From Candidatus Bathyarchaeota archaeon (GTDB taxonomy: Archaea > Thermoproteota > Bathyarchaeia > Bathyarchaeales > Bathycorpusculaceae), in the NCBI GenBank assembly GCA_963739305.1, contig CAVTZU010000036.1, positions 1 to 64,000 of the forward strand: a stretch of 64,000 nt of DNA, given 5' to 3'. The notes below the pieces were generated by a model. The model had not been told where the DNA came from. It worked only from the letters and a program-made list of their open reading frames with translations, and did no database searches. Below, piece after piece: positions 21,244-31,008 of this stretch (position 1 is the stretch's first letter; each line of letters starts with the position of its first letter). The position numbers and the translations under genes were made by a program.

Positions 21244-21654
21244 ATGAGAATTCTCCGTAGGCAGAACTCAACTTACGCGCTCAGTCTATTCCTGGTCTTA
21301 CTGGGAGTTGCGGCACTCCTATTCACGGTCTGGAAAACTTGGCCTCAAGTCTCCTCAGCCACGGATCCCCTCTCAACCTTCATGAATCTATTAGGAACTG
21401 AAAAACTGGATTTTGTTCCAATTTTTGAATTCAAACTGGTACACCTTTTTGCTTTGGGCGACGCACTGCTAATTTCAGGCGTCTTGCTGTACATCTTGAG
21501 TGTGCAATGGTTTTATCTGCCTGGAAGAATCGTGTGGTTCAGATGCCCGTTCTGCCACAAGGATTGGAGGTCAACGGGAGACAAGGCACTGGTGCATTGT
21601 CCTCATTGCCGCCAACTGGTCCATCCGACTCTGATCGAGAAAAAGGACGCATAG
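21244..21654 (+). CDS. Membrane protein with C-terminal Zn ribbon
   Basis: Two hydrophobic helices, then CPFC...CPHC. Confidence 0.72.
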   Translation: MRILRRQNSTYALSLFLVLLGVAALLFTVWKTWPQVSSATDPLSTFMNLLGTEKLDFVPIFEFKLVHLFALGDALLISGVLLYILSVQWFYLPGRIVWFRCPFCHKDWRSTGDKALVHCPHCRQLVHPTLIEKKDA

Positions 21655-21769
21655 AAAACCAGCGCCTCTTTCCTTGTAGTATAGCCCGCGCGCAAACGTC
21701 CACGACGTGAGTCAAACATCTCAACGGAACCCTCCATCAGCCCAACGATGTCTCGTTAACGCAAGCACT

Positions 21770-21905
21770 ACATGCAAAACGCATCAGAAACCACACCCAG
21801 AACCTCAAACAGCCCTCCCGAGCACCCCAAGCCCAGCACCGCACGCGAAAAAAAGGCCGGGGGGTAGGGTGTTTTAGAGCTGAAAACACTCAAAATCCAT
21901 GTTGA
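21770..21905. repeat. Dispersed ~135-bp element, copy 1
   Basis: 21847-21895 is identical over 49 bp to 60083-60131; degenerate similarity extends upstream to CATGCAAAAC at 21771. Confidence 0.85.
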
Positions 21906-21912
21906 GTAGGCC

Positions 21913-24276
21913 CTAGAACGACCTGTGCTCAGTTCGCTTGATAATCTCGTCCTGCAACTCCTTGCTCAAATTAACAAAGTAATCACTGAAACCCGCAACC
22001 CTCACCAACAAATCACCATACTTCTCCGGATGCCTCTGCGCCTCACGCAACGTCTCAGCGTTCACCACATTGAACTGAACATGATGACCATCAAGCCGAA
22101 AATACCCACGAACAAGATTCGCCAACTTACTCAAACCCTCCTCGCTCTCCAACAACTCCGGCGCAAACTTCTGATTCAACAAAGTCCCACCCGTCCTCAC
22201 ATGATCAATCTTCGAAACCGACTTCACCACGGCCGTCGGACCCTCCCGGTCCGCACCCTGAACGGGCGAAACCCCCTCCGACAACGGTTCACCCGCTCTC
22301 CGCCCGTCAGCCGAAGCTCCAACCATCTTGCCGAAATAGACGTGCACAGTCGTTGGCAACAAATTAACCCTATACTTGCCGCCCTTAGTGTTCGGACGCC
22401 CATCAATAGCACCAAAATAAGCCTCAAAAACCTCCCGCATCACCGAATCCGCGTAATCATCGTCATTCCCGTACTTCGGCGTCTTATTCAACAATCGCTG
22501 CCGCAGAACCTCGAAGTCCTTAAAATCAGCAGCAAGAGCCTTCAAAAAGTCACGCAACAGAACTTCCTTCCGATCATAAACATGATACTTCAAAGCCGCC
22601 AAAGAATCTGTAACCGAACCCAGACCAACACCCTGAATATAATTCGTGTTATACCGAGCACCGCCATCATTGTAATCCTTACCCTTCGAAATGCAATCAC
22701 TGATCAGAAGAGACAGAAACGGAACAGGAAGGACCTCAGCGTACAACCTCTCAATCACGTTGTTTCCTCTGACTTTCACATCCACGAAATACTCAAGCTG
22801 CCTCTTGAAAGCGCCAAAAAGCTCCTCAAAAGACCCAAACTCACACGGATTTCCAGTCTCAACCCCAATCTTCTTGCCCGTACGCGGGTCAACCCCATTG
22901 TTCAAAGCGACTTCAAGCACCTTCGGCAGATTGAAGTAGCCCGTAAGAATGTAACTCTCCTTCCCAAACGCGCCCGTCTCAACACAGCCACTCGCCCCCC
23001 CGTTCCTAGCATCCTCAATCGTCTTCCCCTGCCTCAACAACTCCTGAACAATAGCATCCGTGTTGAAAACAGACGGCTGCCCAAAACCCGTCCTAATAAT
23101 CTCCAAAGCACACTTGAGAAAACTGTCAGGAGACCTCTTGCTGATCTGAACCATCGACCCAGGCTGCGGAATCCTCATCTCCCCAATAACATCCAGAATC
23201 AAGTAAGAAAGCTCATTCACCGCATCCGAACCATCCCCCTTCACACCGCCCAAGTTGACCAACGCAAAATCATTGTACGTGTTACTCTCCTCAGCCGTAA
23301 CCCCAACCTTCGGCGGCGCCGGCTGATTGTTAAACTTCACCCAGAACAACTCAAGAAGCTCCCTCGCCTTCTCCTTCGTCAAACTCCCATCCTCAAGCCC
23401 CCTCTTGAAGAAAGGATACAAATGCTGATCCAGCCTCCCCGGGTTGAAAGCGTCCCACGGATTCACTTCCACGATGACACCCAAATGAATGAACCAATAA
23501 TGCTGCAGAGCTTCCCAAAAATCCCGCGGAGCATACTTAGGAACCCGACTGCACACATCGACTATTTTCTTAAGCTCCTTCTTCCTCTTCGCACTCTTCT
23601 CTTTCCTAAGCAGCTGCTTCGCTTTCTCAACGTGACGCAATGCGTAGCAAATCAAGGCGTCAGCCGCAATTTGCATCGCCTTGAGCTCCTCCATCTTCTG
23701 GTGCGCGCTCGGATCAACCAGAAAATCCAAACTTTCCATGCTTTTTCTAATATCTTCTTTGAAGTCAACCAAACCTTTCCGATAGATTTTGTCGTCCAAC
23801 GCGGTGTGCCCAGGAGCCCTCTGTTCCAGAAACTCTGTAAAAACACCTGTGCCGTAAGCAGCTTTCCACTCATCAGACATTTCATTGAAGACAACGTCCC
23901 TGATCGACCTGCCCTTCCAAAAAGGAATAACCCTCTCCCTGTACACCTTTCTGGTCTCCGCATCCACGCCGTAAGGAGTCTTCTTCCTCGCATCCAGAAT
24001 CTCCAAGTCACCAAGCGAATGACAGCATATCTCAGGATAAGTCGGGACAAGCTTCGGTCCAGGCCCCCTTTCTCCAACGAGCAGCTCCCCATCCCCAACG
24101 CAAATGTGCTTGTTCTCGAGCAAATGCTTGAACGCCAGTGCTCTTGCAACAGGCGCAGAGACCCGACTCGCAGCATCGCTCTCATAGAATTCGGTTATCA
24201 GAACAGCCCTCTCCGACGTGATGTATGGCTTCGTCCTGATACTCTCTTCCCTTAAGCGCCTAACTCTCTCGTTCAT
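21913..24276 (-). CDS. hypD: Glycyl radical enzyme, trans-4-hydroxy-L-proline dehydratase type
   Basis: PTYPEICCH, EQRAPGHT, WDAF.PGRLDQHL, KFNNQPAPPKVG, ESNTYNDF, SGCVETG, LPTT.H and Gly loop RVAGFS match recalled HypD motifs. Confidence 0.85.
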   Translation of the reverse strand: MNERVRRLREESIRTKPYITSERAVLITEFYESDAASRVSAPVARALAFKHLLENKHICVGDGELLVGERGPGPKLVPTYPEICCHSLGDLEILDARKKTPYGVDAETRKVYRERVIPFWKGRSIRDVVFNEMSDEWKAAYGTGVFTEFLEQRAPGHTALDDKIYRKGLVDFKEDIRKSMESLDFLVDPSAHQKMEELKAMQIAADALICYALRHVEKAKQLLRKEKSAKRKKELKKIVDVCSRVPKYAPRDFWEALQHYWFIHLGVIVEVNPWDAFNPGRLDQHLYPFFKRGLEDGSLTKEKARELLELFWVKFNNQPAPPKVGVTAEESNTYNDFALVNLGGVKGDGSDAVNELSYLILDVIGEMRIPQPGSMVQISKRSPDSFLKCALEIIRTGFGQPSVFNTDAIVQELLRQGKTIEDARNGGASGCVETGAFGKESYILTGYFNLPKVLEVALNNGVDPRTGKKIGVETGNPCEFGSFEELFGAFKRQLEYFVDVKVRGNNVIERLYAEVLPVPFLSLLISDCISKGKDYNDGGARYNTNYIQGVGLGSVTDSLAALKYHVYDRKEVLLRDFLKALAADFKDFEVLRQRLLNKTPKYGNDDDYADSVMREVFEAYFGAIDGRPNTKGGKYRVNLLPTTVHVYFGKMVGASADGRRAGEPLSEGVSPVQGADREGPTAVVKSVSKIDHVRTGGTLLNQKFAPELLESEEGLSKLANLVRGYFRLDGHHVQFNVVNAETLREAQRHPEKYGDLLVRVAGFSDYFVNLSKELQDEIIKRTEHRSF

Positions 24277-25197
24277 TTATCCTCCACCTATCTTCACGTT
24301 TAAACCGAAATCCTCGAGACTCAGCATAATCCTCTTCAACCGCTCATCCGACGGGGACTCGACCTTGTTCAACCCATATCTTCTACCTAGGCTCCTGTAC
24401 TTCTCGATTCCGGCTCTGTGATAAGGAAGAACCTGTATGTCTCCAACTCCGTTCCTGCGCAAGAAATCGCCCATCTCAGCTACGTTCTCGTTATCATCAT
24501 TCACACCTGAAATTACCGGAAAACGAACCAGAATACTGCGACCGCTGTTCGCCAGTCTAGCGAAGTTTCCCAAAATCAACCTGTTCGAAACACCCGTATA
24601 CCTCTTATGAACCCAATCATTCATGACTTTAAGATCATAAAGAAACAGGTCAACCTTTTCCACGACCTTGTCAAAATCCTCGCGAGATGCATACCCACAA
24701 GTCTCCAACGCTGTATGAATACCTTCTTTTTCGCATCCCTTCAGGAGCTCCTTCAAAAAATCGACTTGCATAAGCGGTTCTCCACCAGAAAAAGTAACGC
24801 CTCCATTCGATTCCTCAAAAAAAACTTTGTCCTTGACAATTTCCTCCAAGACCGCCTCTACGCCCAGTTTCTTGCCAACAACTTCGATTGCACCGGTCGG
24901 GCACTTCCCATTACACTTGCCACACAGATCGCAAAGTTTCCGGTCTATCGACACCAGTCTCCTTGATAACGCCAGGGCTCCTCTCGGACAGGCTTTTGAA
25001 CATTCTTGGCACCCAATGCACTTGTTCTTCCGGTACATCAACTCAGGCTTCAGAATCTGTCCTTCAGGGTTATGACACCACAAGCAACGAAGGGGACAGC
25101 CCTTCAAAAATATGGTGGAGCGGATGCCAGGTCCGTCGTCAACTGCATACCTCTTGATTTCAAAAACAAAACCCTCTGTCGTCGTTGCACTCACCAA
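24277..25197 (-). CDS. Glycyl-radical enzyme activating protein (radical SAM with 2x[4Fe-4S] insert)
   Basis: DGPGIRSTIFLKGCPLRCLWCHNPE, two CxxCxxCxxxCP motifs, GGVTFSGGEP, LPYH. Confidence 0.93.
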   Translation of the reverse strand: MVSATTTEGFVFEIKRYAVDDGPGIRSTIFLKGCPLRCLWCHNPEGQILKPELMYRKNKCIGCQECSKACPRGALALSRRLVSIDRKLCDLCGKCNGKCPTGAIEVVGKKLGVEAVLEEIVKDKVFFEESNGGVTFSGGEPLMQVDFLKELLKGCEKEGIHTALETCGYASREDFDKVVEKVDLFLYDLKVMNDWVHKRYTGVSNRLILGNFARLANSGRSILVRFPVISGVNDDNENVAEMGDFLRRNGVGDIQVLPYHRAGIEKYRSLGRRYGLNKVESPSDERLKRIMLSLEDFGLNVKIGGG

Positions 25198-25408
25198 ACG
25201 TCGCCTGAATTGGAGCCTGAAATTGCCATAAAAACCTTATGCACTAGCTCTCATGCACTTTACGATTAGACGATGCATCAAGAAATCCTCATTCAACGGT
25301 CATCCAACGATAGTTTTTCCCTATGCTTTCGACAGGTTTAAGAATTGCCTCCTAAAGTAAAGAATAAAAGAGTGCAAATAGAAACACTAGAATCACGAGG
25401 ACAAACAT

Positions 25409-25663
25409 ATGTCATCTGGAAGCGAAGGCTCGAGCAAATATTCATTCATCTCTTTCATACTCAGCATTTTTGGATTCTTCTTCTTCAGCCTCTACTACAT
25501 CGGGGGATTCATGGGCGGATTTGCGATACTCCTTTCATTCTTGGCCGAAGACGTTTTCAAGGAAAAATCCGTTTTCCAGTACCTCGCCATCATCATTGCA
25601 GTGATAGATGTATTAGGCGCAATCCTCGGATGGAACATAATATTCCATAGTGGAGCAGGATAG
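25409..25663 (+). CDS. Small membrane protein
   Basis: 84-aa hydrophobic ORF with GAGGA upstream. Confidence 0.5.
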   Translation: MSSGSEGSSKYSFISFILSIFGFFFFSLYYIGGFMGGFAILLSFLAEDVFKEKSVFQYLAIIIAVIDVLGAILGWNIIFHSGAG

Positions 25664-25850
25664 AAAACACTAATCCTCCTCGTTTTTGAATGATCCACCC
25701 AATCCGAAAAGAATAAGGCGGAAACGTTCGCGCTCCGTGAATTGCATTCTTGTCAAGTGAGCTTAGAAAATTGCGCTGAATTGGGCACAAGATATGCCGA
25801 AAGCCTTATTCAGAAAGTCAAGTATGTCCTTAAGCTAAGGAGGTAAACAC

Positions 25851-26330
25851 TTGAGTTCAAAAGAAGAGTTGATCGAGTTCCTAAGAGAACAGGTCAAAGT
25901 GGAAAACAAAATCGTTGATTCTCTGAACAAGTCTTTGCCTGAAATCGACAACGCAACAGTGAAGGGTGTCTTGAAAGGAATTTCATTGGATTCGATCAAG
26001 CATGCCGAGATGTACGCTTCCGCTGTCAGACTAATAACGACTGTTTCCAAGGCTTTGACGCAGGAAAACTTGGACAAACAGAAAGATCTCGTTGAGAAGC
26101 ACATTCAGATGGAAGCTGAACTCATAAGGAAAATCGGTAAGGTGCTGCCGACGATCAAAGATAGCAAAGTCAAACTTCTACTGAAAGCTATACTAGAAGA
26201 TGAAAAGAGGCATCACGGGCTGTTGAAGGAAGTGCTCGAGATATTGGTCAAAGGCGAGACGATCACGGAAGCAGACTGGTGGGACATCATATGGAAAGAC
26301 GTTCCGTTCCACGGATCGCCGGGCGGTTAG
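25851..26330 (+). CDS. Ferritin-like (rubrerythrin-type) di-iron four-helix protein
   Basis: Duplicated E...(D/E)xxH pattern (DSIKHAE, DEKRHH); GGAGGT RBS. Confidence 0.8.
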   Translation: MSSKEELIEFLREQVKVENKIVDSLNKSLPEIDNATVKGVLKGISLDSIKHAEMYASAVRLITTVSKALTQENLDKQKDLVEKHIQMEAELIRKIGKVLPTIKDSKVKLLLKAILEDEKRHHGLLKEVLEILVKGETITEADWWDIIWKDVPFHGSPGG

Positions 26331-26422
26331 ACCTCAGAAGCCGTAAGTACAGCTGAGCTCTCTTTTACCTTATTGATGAACCCAAGAGCCAGCCCACAGC
26401 ACAGGCATTCGACCTTAATGTC

Positions 26423-27430
26423 TCAAGATAGACCAGTCGCAGTCTGGGTGTCCAACGAATCTGAACCGGCGCTATCCCTCTCTTTAAGAAATCTATCGCT
26501 CGTAGCCTTAGCCACAACCGTCAGGTCCCGCAGGGTTTTCAACATCAAGGCTAATTTTCCACCACGGTCAGTCAAACTGTAAGCCAAAGGCTTCTTCCTT
26601 TCAAACACGAGTTTCTTTCCCTTGAGTTTTCTCACGTACTTGTACAATCTCCTCAGCGAGATGTCCGACGAGTTCGCCAATCTCTTCGCATATATGCCTT
26701 CTTGAGGAATATTCTGATAGACTCTGTTTTCAGTCGATGACAAGTTTTCGAGTGAAGAGCACCTTTTGGTTTTGAAAAAGAATACATAATTCTTCTCTTT
26801 TCTCGTTTGAACCAGACCTGCTCTTTGAAGTCTGCTCAAGACTCTCGCAGCGCTTTTCGAGGAAATTATCCTCCGCACTTCTTCGAAGGTCTTAGGTCCA
26901 CCTAGCATCGAATCCAGAGCTTTTTCTTCATAGCAATCTGAATGTGGCGGAAGAGTATCTTCTAAATCTCGAAAGTCTTTAAGTAATTCGTTGACTTTGC
27001 ATCCAAGCACCGTTAGGTAAAACGGATGGTGCGCGTCCTGGACCAGTCCCACATCGACCAAGGGCTGAATATATTCCTCAAGTATCGTCTGTTGACTGTG
27101 TCTATACCCGAGTGAACTCATCTTTTGCTGGAGTTTCAGCATTGAACAATGCTCCCTTGAAATCATGCCAAGAAGCTCCAACCGCCTCCGGTTTTTCAAC
27201 GTGTTCAACAAGAACTCGAGATAATTCGGTCTACTAATCTTTTCATGCATTTTTCTTATTTCGTTTTTTAGCTTCCACGTCTTACAATCAGAGATGCAGG
27301 TAAGTGCAGTCAGCGGTTTGCACTTTTTGCATCTCTCCTCGAGGTTTCCTAAAATCTGATCGAGAGTCGCCGAGTTCCCCGCTGTCACTATAAACCCGTT
27401 ATAATCTGGTGTTTCTATCATATGAATCAC
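26423..27430 (-). CDS. Multi winged-helix putative regulator with N-terminal Cys cluster
   Basis: CKKCKPLTALTCISDC, then repeated wHTH-like segments (RVLSRLQRAGLV, LYKYVRKLKGKKLV...YSLTDRG). Confidence 0.65.
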   Translation of the reverse strand: MIHMIETPDYNGFIVTAGNSATLDQILGNLEERCKKCKPLTALTCISDCKTWKLKNEIRKMHEKISRPNYLEFLLNTLKNRRRLELLGMISREHCSMLKLQQKMSSLGYRHSQQTILEEYIQPLVDVGLVQDAHHPFYLTVLGCKVNELLKDFRDLEDTLPPHSDCYEEKALDSMLGGPKTFEEVRRIISSKSAARVLSRLQRAGLVQTRKEKNYVFFFKTKRCSSLENLSSTENRVYQNIPQEGIYAKRLANSSDISLRRLYKYVRKLKGKKLVFERKKPLAYSLTDRGGKLALMLKTLRDLTVVAKATSDRFLKERDSAGSDSLDTQTATGLS

Positions 27431-27433
27431 CTT

Positions 27434-27556
27434 TGACCGCAGTCACGGCAGGTCTTGAAGAAAATCGGTTGATTCTCGCTCATGACTTGGTTTTGGGAAT
27501 GCTGTCCCTGTCATGACATACGTCATAACAGATATGACATACGTCATCTTTATATA
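27434..27556. promoter_or_regulatory. Divergent promoter with TGAC-N4-GTCA operators
   Basis: ATGACATACGTCAT at 27513-27526 and 27534-27547 (21-bp spacing), abutting TATA CTTTATATA at 27548-27556; third site TGACCGCAGTCA at 27434-27445. Confidence 0.75.
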
Positions 27557-27593
27557 CTTTTCCGCACAACCTAACTCAAACGGTGAATACTCT

Positions 27594-27980
27594 GTGATAC
27601 TTCCGTGCGAGGTCGCTGTAAAATCAGTTGTTCCAGCAGTAAAAGCTTTGATGGCGCAACAGCTCGTTGAACAGCATGGCTTGAACCAAGATCAGGTAGC
27701 AGAAGTACTTGGAATTTCTCAATCTGCTGTAAGCAAATACACCAAGAAAGTCAGGGGATACGTTCTAGTGCTAGAAAATGTGGAGCCTATTCAACCGTTG
27801 ATTTCAGACATGATAACCATGCTGATGAACGGAGAGTATCAAAGAGCCGAGTTTCTCCAACTCTTCTGTCGAACGTGCGCAATCATTCGTCGAACAGGTA
27901 TGGTCTGCGAGTTTTGCAGGAAATCAGAAGCCAGAATGAATATTGCAGAATGCAATTTCTGCATTCGACCTGACCCCTAG
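27594..27980 (+). CDS. HTH transcriptional regulator (COG2522-like) with C-terminal CxxC motifs
   Basis: LPCEVAVKSVVPA, NQDQVAEVLGISQSAVSKY HTH, CRTC/CEFC/CNFC; GTG start downstream of the TATA box. Confidence 0.82.
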   Translation: MILPCEVAVKSVVPAVKALMAQQLVEQHGLNQDQVAEVLGISQSAVSKYTKKVRGYVLVLENVEPIQPLISDMITMLMNGEYQRAEFLQLFCRTCAIIRRTGMVCEFCRKSEARMNIAECNFCIRPDP

Positions 27981-27999
27981 AACCGCAAAAGGTGGCATT

Positions 28000-28935
28000 A
28001 TGTCTTCTTTTGATGAAAAAACTGTTTTGGACATTCTCGAAAGAGTCAGCCGGAGTGTCGTTAACATAAGCACTGTGAGACTTGTGAGTCGAATGTTCTA
28101 CCAAGTGATCCCGGTTGAAGGGATGGGTTCTGGAACCATAATAGACCAGAAAGGAGAAATCTTGACGAACAATCACGTTGTCGGAGGAGCCGAGAGAATC
28201 GCGGTGACTCTTTGGAATGGTGAGGAACTCGAAGGAACGATAGTTGGTGCATGTTCAGTACACGACACGGCTATCGTAAAAGTTGAAAAGGAAGGTCTTC
28301 CAGCAGCCGAGCTCGGAGATTCAGAAAAGCTGAGAGTTGGACAAAGAGTCTACGCAATCGGAAATCCATTTGGCTTGTCCGGGGGGCCAACTATAACCTC
28401 AGGGGTCATCAGCGCGACGAAAAGAACCATAGAATCTCAGCGAGGGTTGGTAGAGAACCTTGTACAGACTGACGCTGCTATCAACCCTGGCAACAGTGGG
28501 GGTCCGCTCGTGGACCTTGAAGGAAAAGTTGTCGCCATAAACACGGCCATAATTCCCTATGCTCAAGGAATCGGATTTGCAGTTCCAATAAATACTGCAA
28601 AAAATTGCACGGCCGACATGCAGAAACAGGGAATCTCTGCGAGACCGTGGCTGGGGATCGTGGGTCTTAGCCTCAACGCAGAGGTCGCGCAGCACTACGG
28701 CATACCGCTTGAACGAGGAGTCTTCGTGACAAAGGTCACAGATGGAAGTCCGGCACAGGCTGCAGGCTTGATGATGGGGGACATAATCATGAAGATGGAC
28801 AAAGTAACTATTGACACCGTTGAAGACCTCTTAACCGAGATTCACAAGAGAAAGGTCGGCGAAAACGTCAGAATAATGGTATTCAGAAGAGGCTTTCAAC
28901 AATATTTCGATGTTGTACTCAGCAAGATGCCATAG
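28000..28935 (+). CDS. HtrA/DegP-like serine protease with PDZ domain, no signal peptide
   Basis: GSG, TNNHVV, GNPFGL, QTDAAINPGNSGGPL, C-terminal PDZ (SPAQAAGL..GDII). Confidence 0.92.
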   Translation: MSSFDEKTVLDILERVSRSVVNISTVRLVSRMFYQVIPVEGMGSGTIIDQKGEILTNNHVVGGAERIAVTLWNGEELEGTIVGACSVHDTAIVKVEKEGLPAAELGDSEKLRVGQRVYAIGNPFGLSGGPTITSGVISATKRTIESQRGLVENLVQTDAAINPGNSGGPLVDLEGKVVAINTAIIPYAQGIGFAVPINTAKNCTADMQKQGISARPWLGIVGLSLNAEVAQHYGIPLERGVFVTKVTDGSPAQAAGLMMGDIIMKMDKVTIDTVEDLLTEIHKRKVGENVRIMVFRRGFQQYFDVVLSKMP

Positions 28936-29111
28936 AGTCAGATACAAGCTTTTGACCGAAGTATTTCTCCCATCCTACTCAGGACCGTGAGGTTTGAATT
29001 GGCAAATCTGTGGTATTAGCATGCTTTCGACGTGGCTTAAACGCGTCATTCAGTTCACTGCTTTCGAGTAACGTATTAGGGAGTTTTTGTTTAAGACTTT
29101 CTGAGATCGAA

Positions 29112-30083
29112 TCAGACGACCAGAGAACGTGTAACGTTCTTTATTGTTGCAGCCGATTTCTTGAAGTTCAAAATCTCTTTCTCATCTAGGGGAAGTTTTA
29201 TGATTTTTCTGATTCCAGTTCGATTGAGGATAACGGGGACGCTTAGGCAGATGTCGCTCACCCCGTAGTAGTCTTCAAGGAAACAGGACACAGTCAACAC
29301 CGCATTTTCGTTCCGAAGTATGCTTTCCACAATCTTCGTCATGCCTAAAGCAACAGCGTAGAACGTTCTTCCTTTGCGTTTAATGATCTCATAACCTGCG
29401 TTTCGCACTTTCAGAAACATCTCGTTGAAATCGCTGACGCTGTAGAGCGCATCACACGCAGGGCAGAAGTCTTTCAGTTTGATCCCTGCAACGTTTGCTA
29501 GGCTCCATACAGGCACTTCGCTGTCGCCGTGTTCGCCAATTATGTAGGCGTGAACATTCCTCGGGTCGACTTGTAGGTGCTCTCCGAGCAAGTATCTAAG
29601 GCGTGCAGTGTCCAAAATTGTCCCTGATCCGATTACTTGGTTCTTCTTGAACCCGGACAATTTCAGTGCAGCGTAGGTCATGACGTCGAGGGGATTAGTC
29701 ACGACAAGCAAGATGCACTCTTTGTTGTATTTCGTGATGTTGGGGATTATCTGCTTGAACGTTTCAAAATTCCCCTTTGCCAGATCCAGTCTCGATTGTT
29801 CTATTTTCTGTCCTTTGTCCACCGCAATCACGACGATGTCTGCACCTCTACAATCGGAATATTCGCCAGCCCAAATTTTGGCTGGATAGGCAAATGGCAT
29901 TCCATGAGTCAAATCCATCACTTCTCCTTCCGCTCTTTCTCTGTTGATGTCAATCAACACGATTTCAGGGGCTAACCCGTGAATCAGCATTGAATAGGCG
30001 AAGGTTGACCCTACCGCGCCAGCGCCAATAATCGCGATCTTAGGTCCACTGAGACTTTTGGATATCATGGCAGGTTCACTCAT
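29112..30083 (-). CDS. ldh: L-lactate dehydrogenase (LDH/MDH family)
   Basis: IIGAGAVG, specificity loop GQK...SRLDL (Gln indicates LDH), TNPLD, GSGTILDTARLR, GEHGDSE. Confidence 0.85.
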   Translation of the reverse strand: MSEPAMISKSLSGPKIAIIGAGAVGSTFAYSMLIHGLAPEIVLIDINRERAEGEVMDLTHGMPFAYPAKIWAGEYSDCRGADIVVIAVDKGQKIEQSRLDLAKGNFETFKQIIPNITKYNKECILLVVTNPLDVMTYAALKLSGFKKNQVIGSGTILDTARLRYLLGEHLQVDPRNVHAYIIGEHGDSEVPVWSLANVAGIKLKDFCPACDALYSVSDFNEMFLKVRNAGYEIIKRKGRTFYAVALGMTKIVESILRNENAVLTVSCFLEDYYGVSDICLSVPVILNRTGIRKIIKLPLDEKEILNFKKSAATIKNVTRSLVV

Positions 30084-30747
30084 CCTTTCCGAACGTAAAG
30101 GCTGAGGGGCATATCTTGTTCAGAACGCATATCTTGCACTTAGGCTTTCTTGCGGTGCATATCCTCCTTCCCAGGAATATGAGAAGATCTGTTATCCTCC
30201 TCCATTTTTCCTTGGGTACTATCTTCATAAGATCCTGTTCAATTTTGTCTGGATTCTTGTTTGCTGTGAGCCCAAGTCTCGCAGACACTCTGCGCACGTG
30301 AGTGTCCACCGCAATCCCCTCTACGACACCATATGCATTCTGCAGGACTATGTTTCCTGTCTTCCTTGCCACGCCTGGTAATTCGAGAATTTCTTCCATT
30401 GTCCTCGGAACTTTCGAATCGAATTTTTCAATTAGCATTTGTCCAGTTTTCTTGATGTTCTTTGCTTTGTTCCTGTAAAAACCTGTTGATCTTATGTCAT
30501 GTTCAAGCTCAGTCAGGTTCGAATCTGCAAATTCTTCCGCTGTCCTATACTTCTTGAAAAGCGACTTCGTGACGATGTTCACTCTTTCATCTGTTGTCTG
30601 TGCGGAAAGGATTGTCGCGACCAGAAGCTCCAGTGGGCTAGAATAGTTCAAGGCTATCTTTGCATCCGAAAATTCCTTTTCCAGAAGAGCAATTATCTTC
30701 ATACCTCTGCTCCTGTTCTCTTTTTCAGAATACTCGGTTTTCTTCAT
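30076..30747 (-). CDS. nth: Endonuclease III
   Basis: LLVATILSAQTTD, HhH LPGVARKTGN, VDTHV, Fe-S motif CTARKPKCKICVLNKIC. Confidence 0.95.
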   Translation of the reverse strand: MKKTEYSEKENRSRGMKIIALLEKEFSDAKIALNYSSPLELLVATILSAQTTDERVNIVTKSLFKKYRTAEEFADSNLTELEHDIRSTGFYRNKAKNIKKTGQMLIEKFDSKVPRTMEEILELPGVARKTGNIVLQNAYGVVEGIAVDTHVRRVSARLGLTANKNPDKIEQDLMKIVPKEKWRRITDLLIFLGRRICTARKPKCKICVLNKICPSAFTFGKDE

Positions 30748-31008
30748 TTTTCCCTTGCCAATCTTCCTTTTGTTTTCTTGTGCTAGAAAAAGGTTTGCAG
30801 AAAGTTTTTACCCTAGGTCGTCGGTCTAAGACAGAGGTGTTGTCTTTTGGATGCCAAACTCCTGGTTGATGGCAAAGAAATAGTCTTGAATGATTTTGTC
30901 AATAGAATTCTCTGTGGCACGATCGTTGGAGCGGTGACCTCACTTCGTAACGTGAATGAAGACTGGAAAATAATCGAGATAAAGGTAACAAAATGATGAT
31001 GCTTTTCT

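Noticed and set aside
21871-21881. GTTTTAGAGCT matches the start of the Cas9 type II-A repeat/sgRNA scaffold (also at 60107)
   Set aside because: Only 11 bp, with no repeat-spacer array and no cas genes; it forms one arm and the loop of the element's hairpin
21925-24255. 776-aa ORF antisense to hypD
   Set aside because: Mirror-frame shadow of hypD: no recognisable motifs, and its composition follows the A/C-rich strand, which is poor in stop codons
27513-27593. N-terminal extension MTYVITDMTYVI of the HTH ORF
   Set aside because: It is the translation of the operator repeats upstream of the TATA box; the real start is likely GTG 27594
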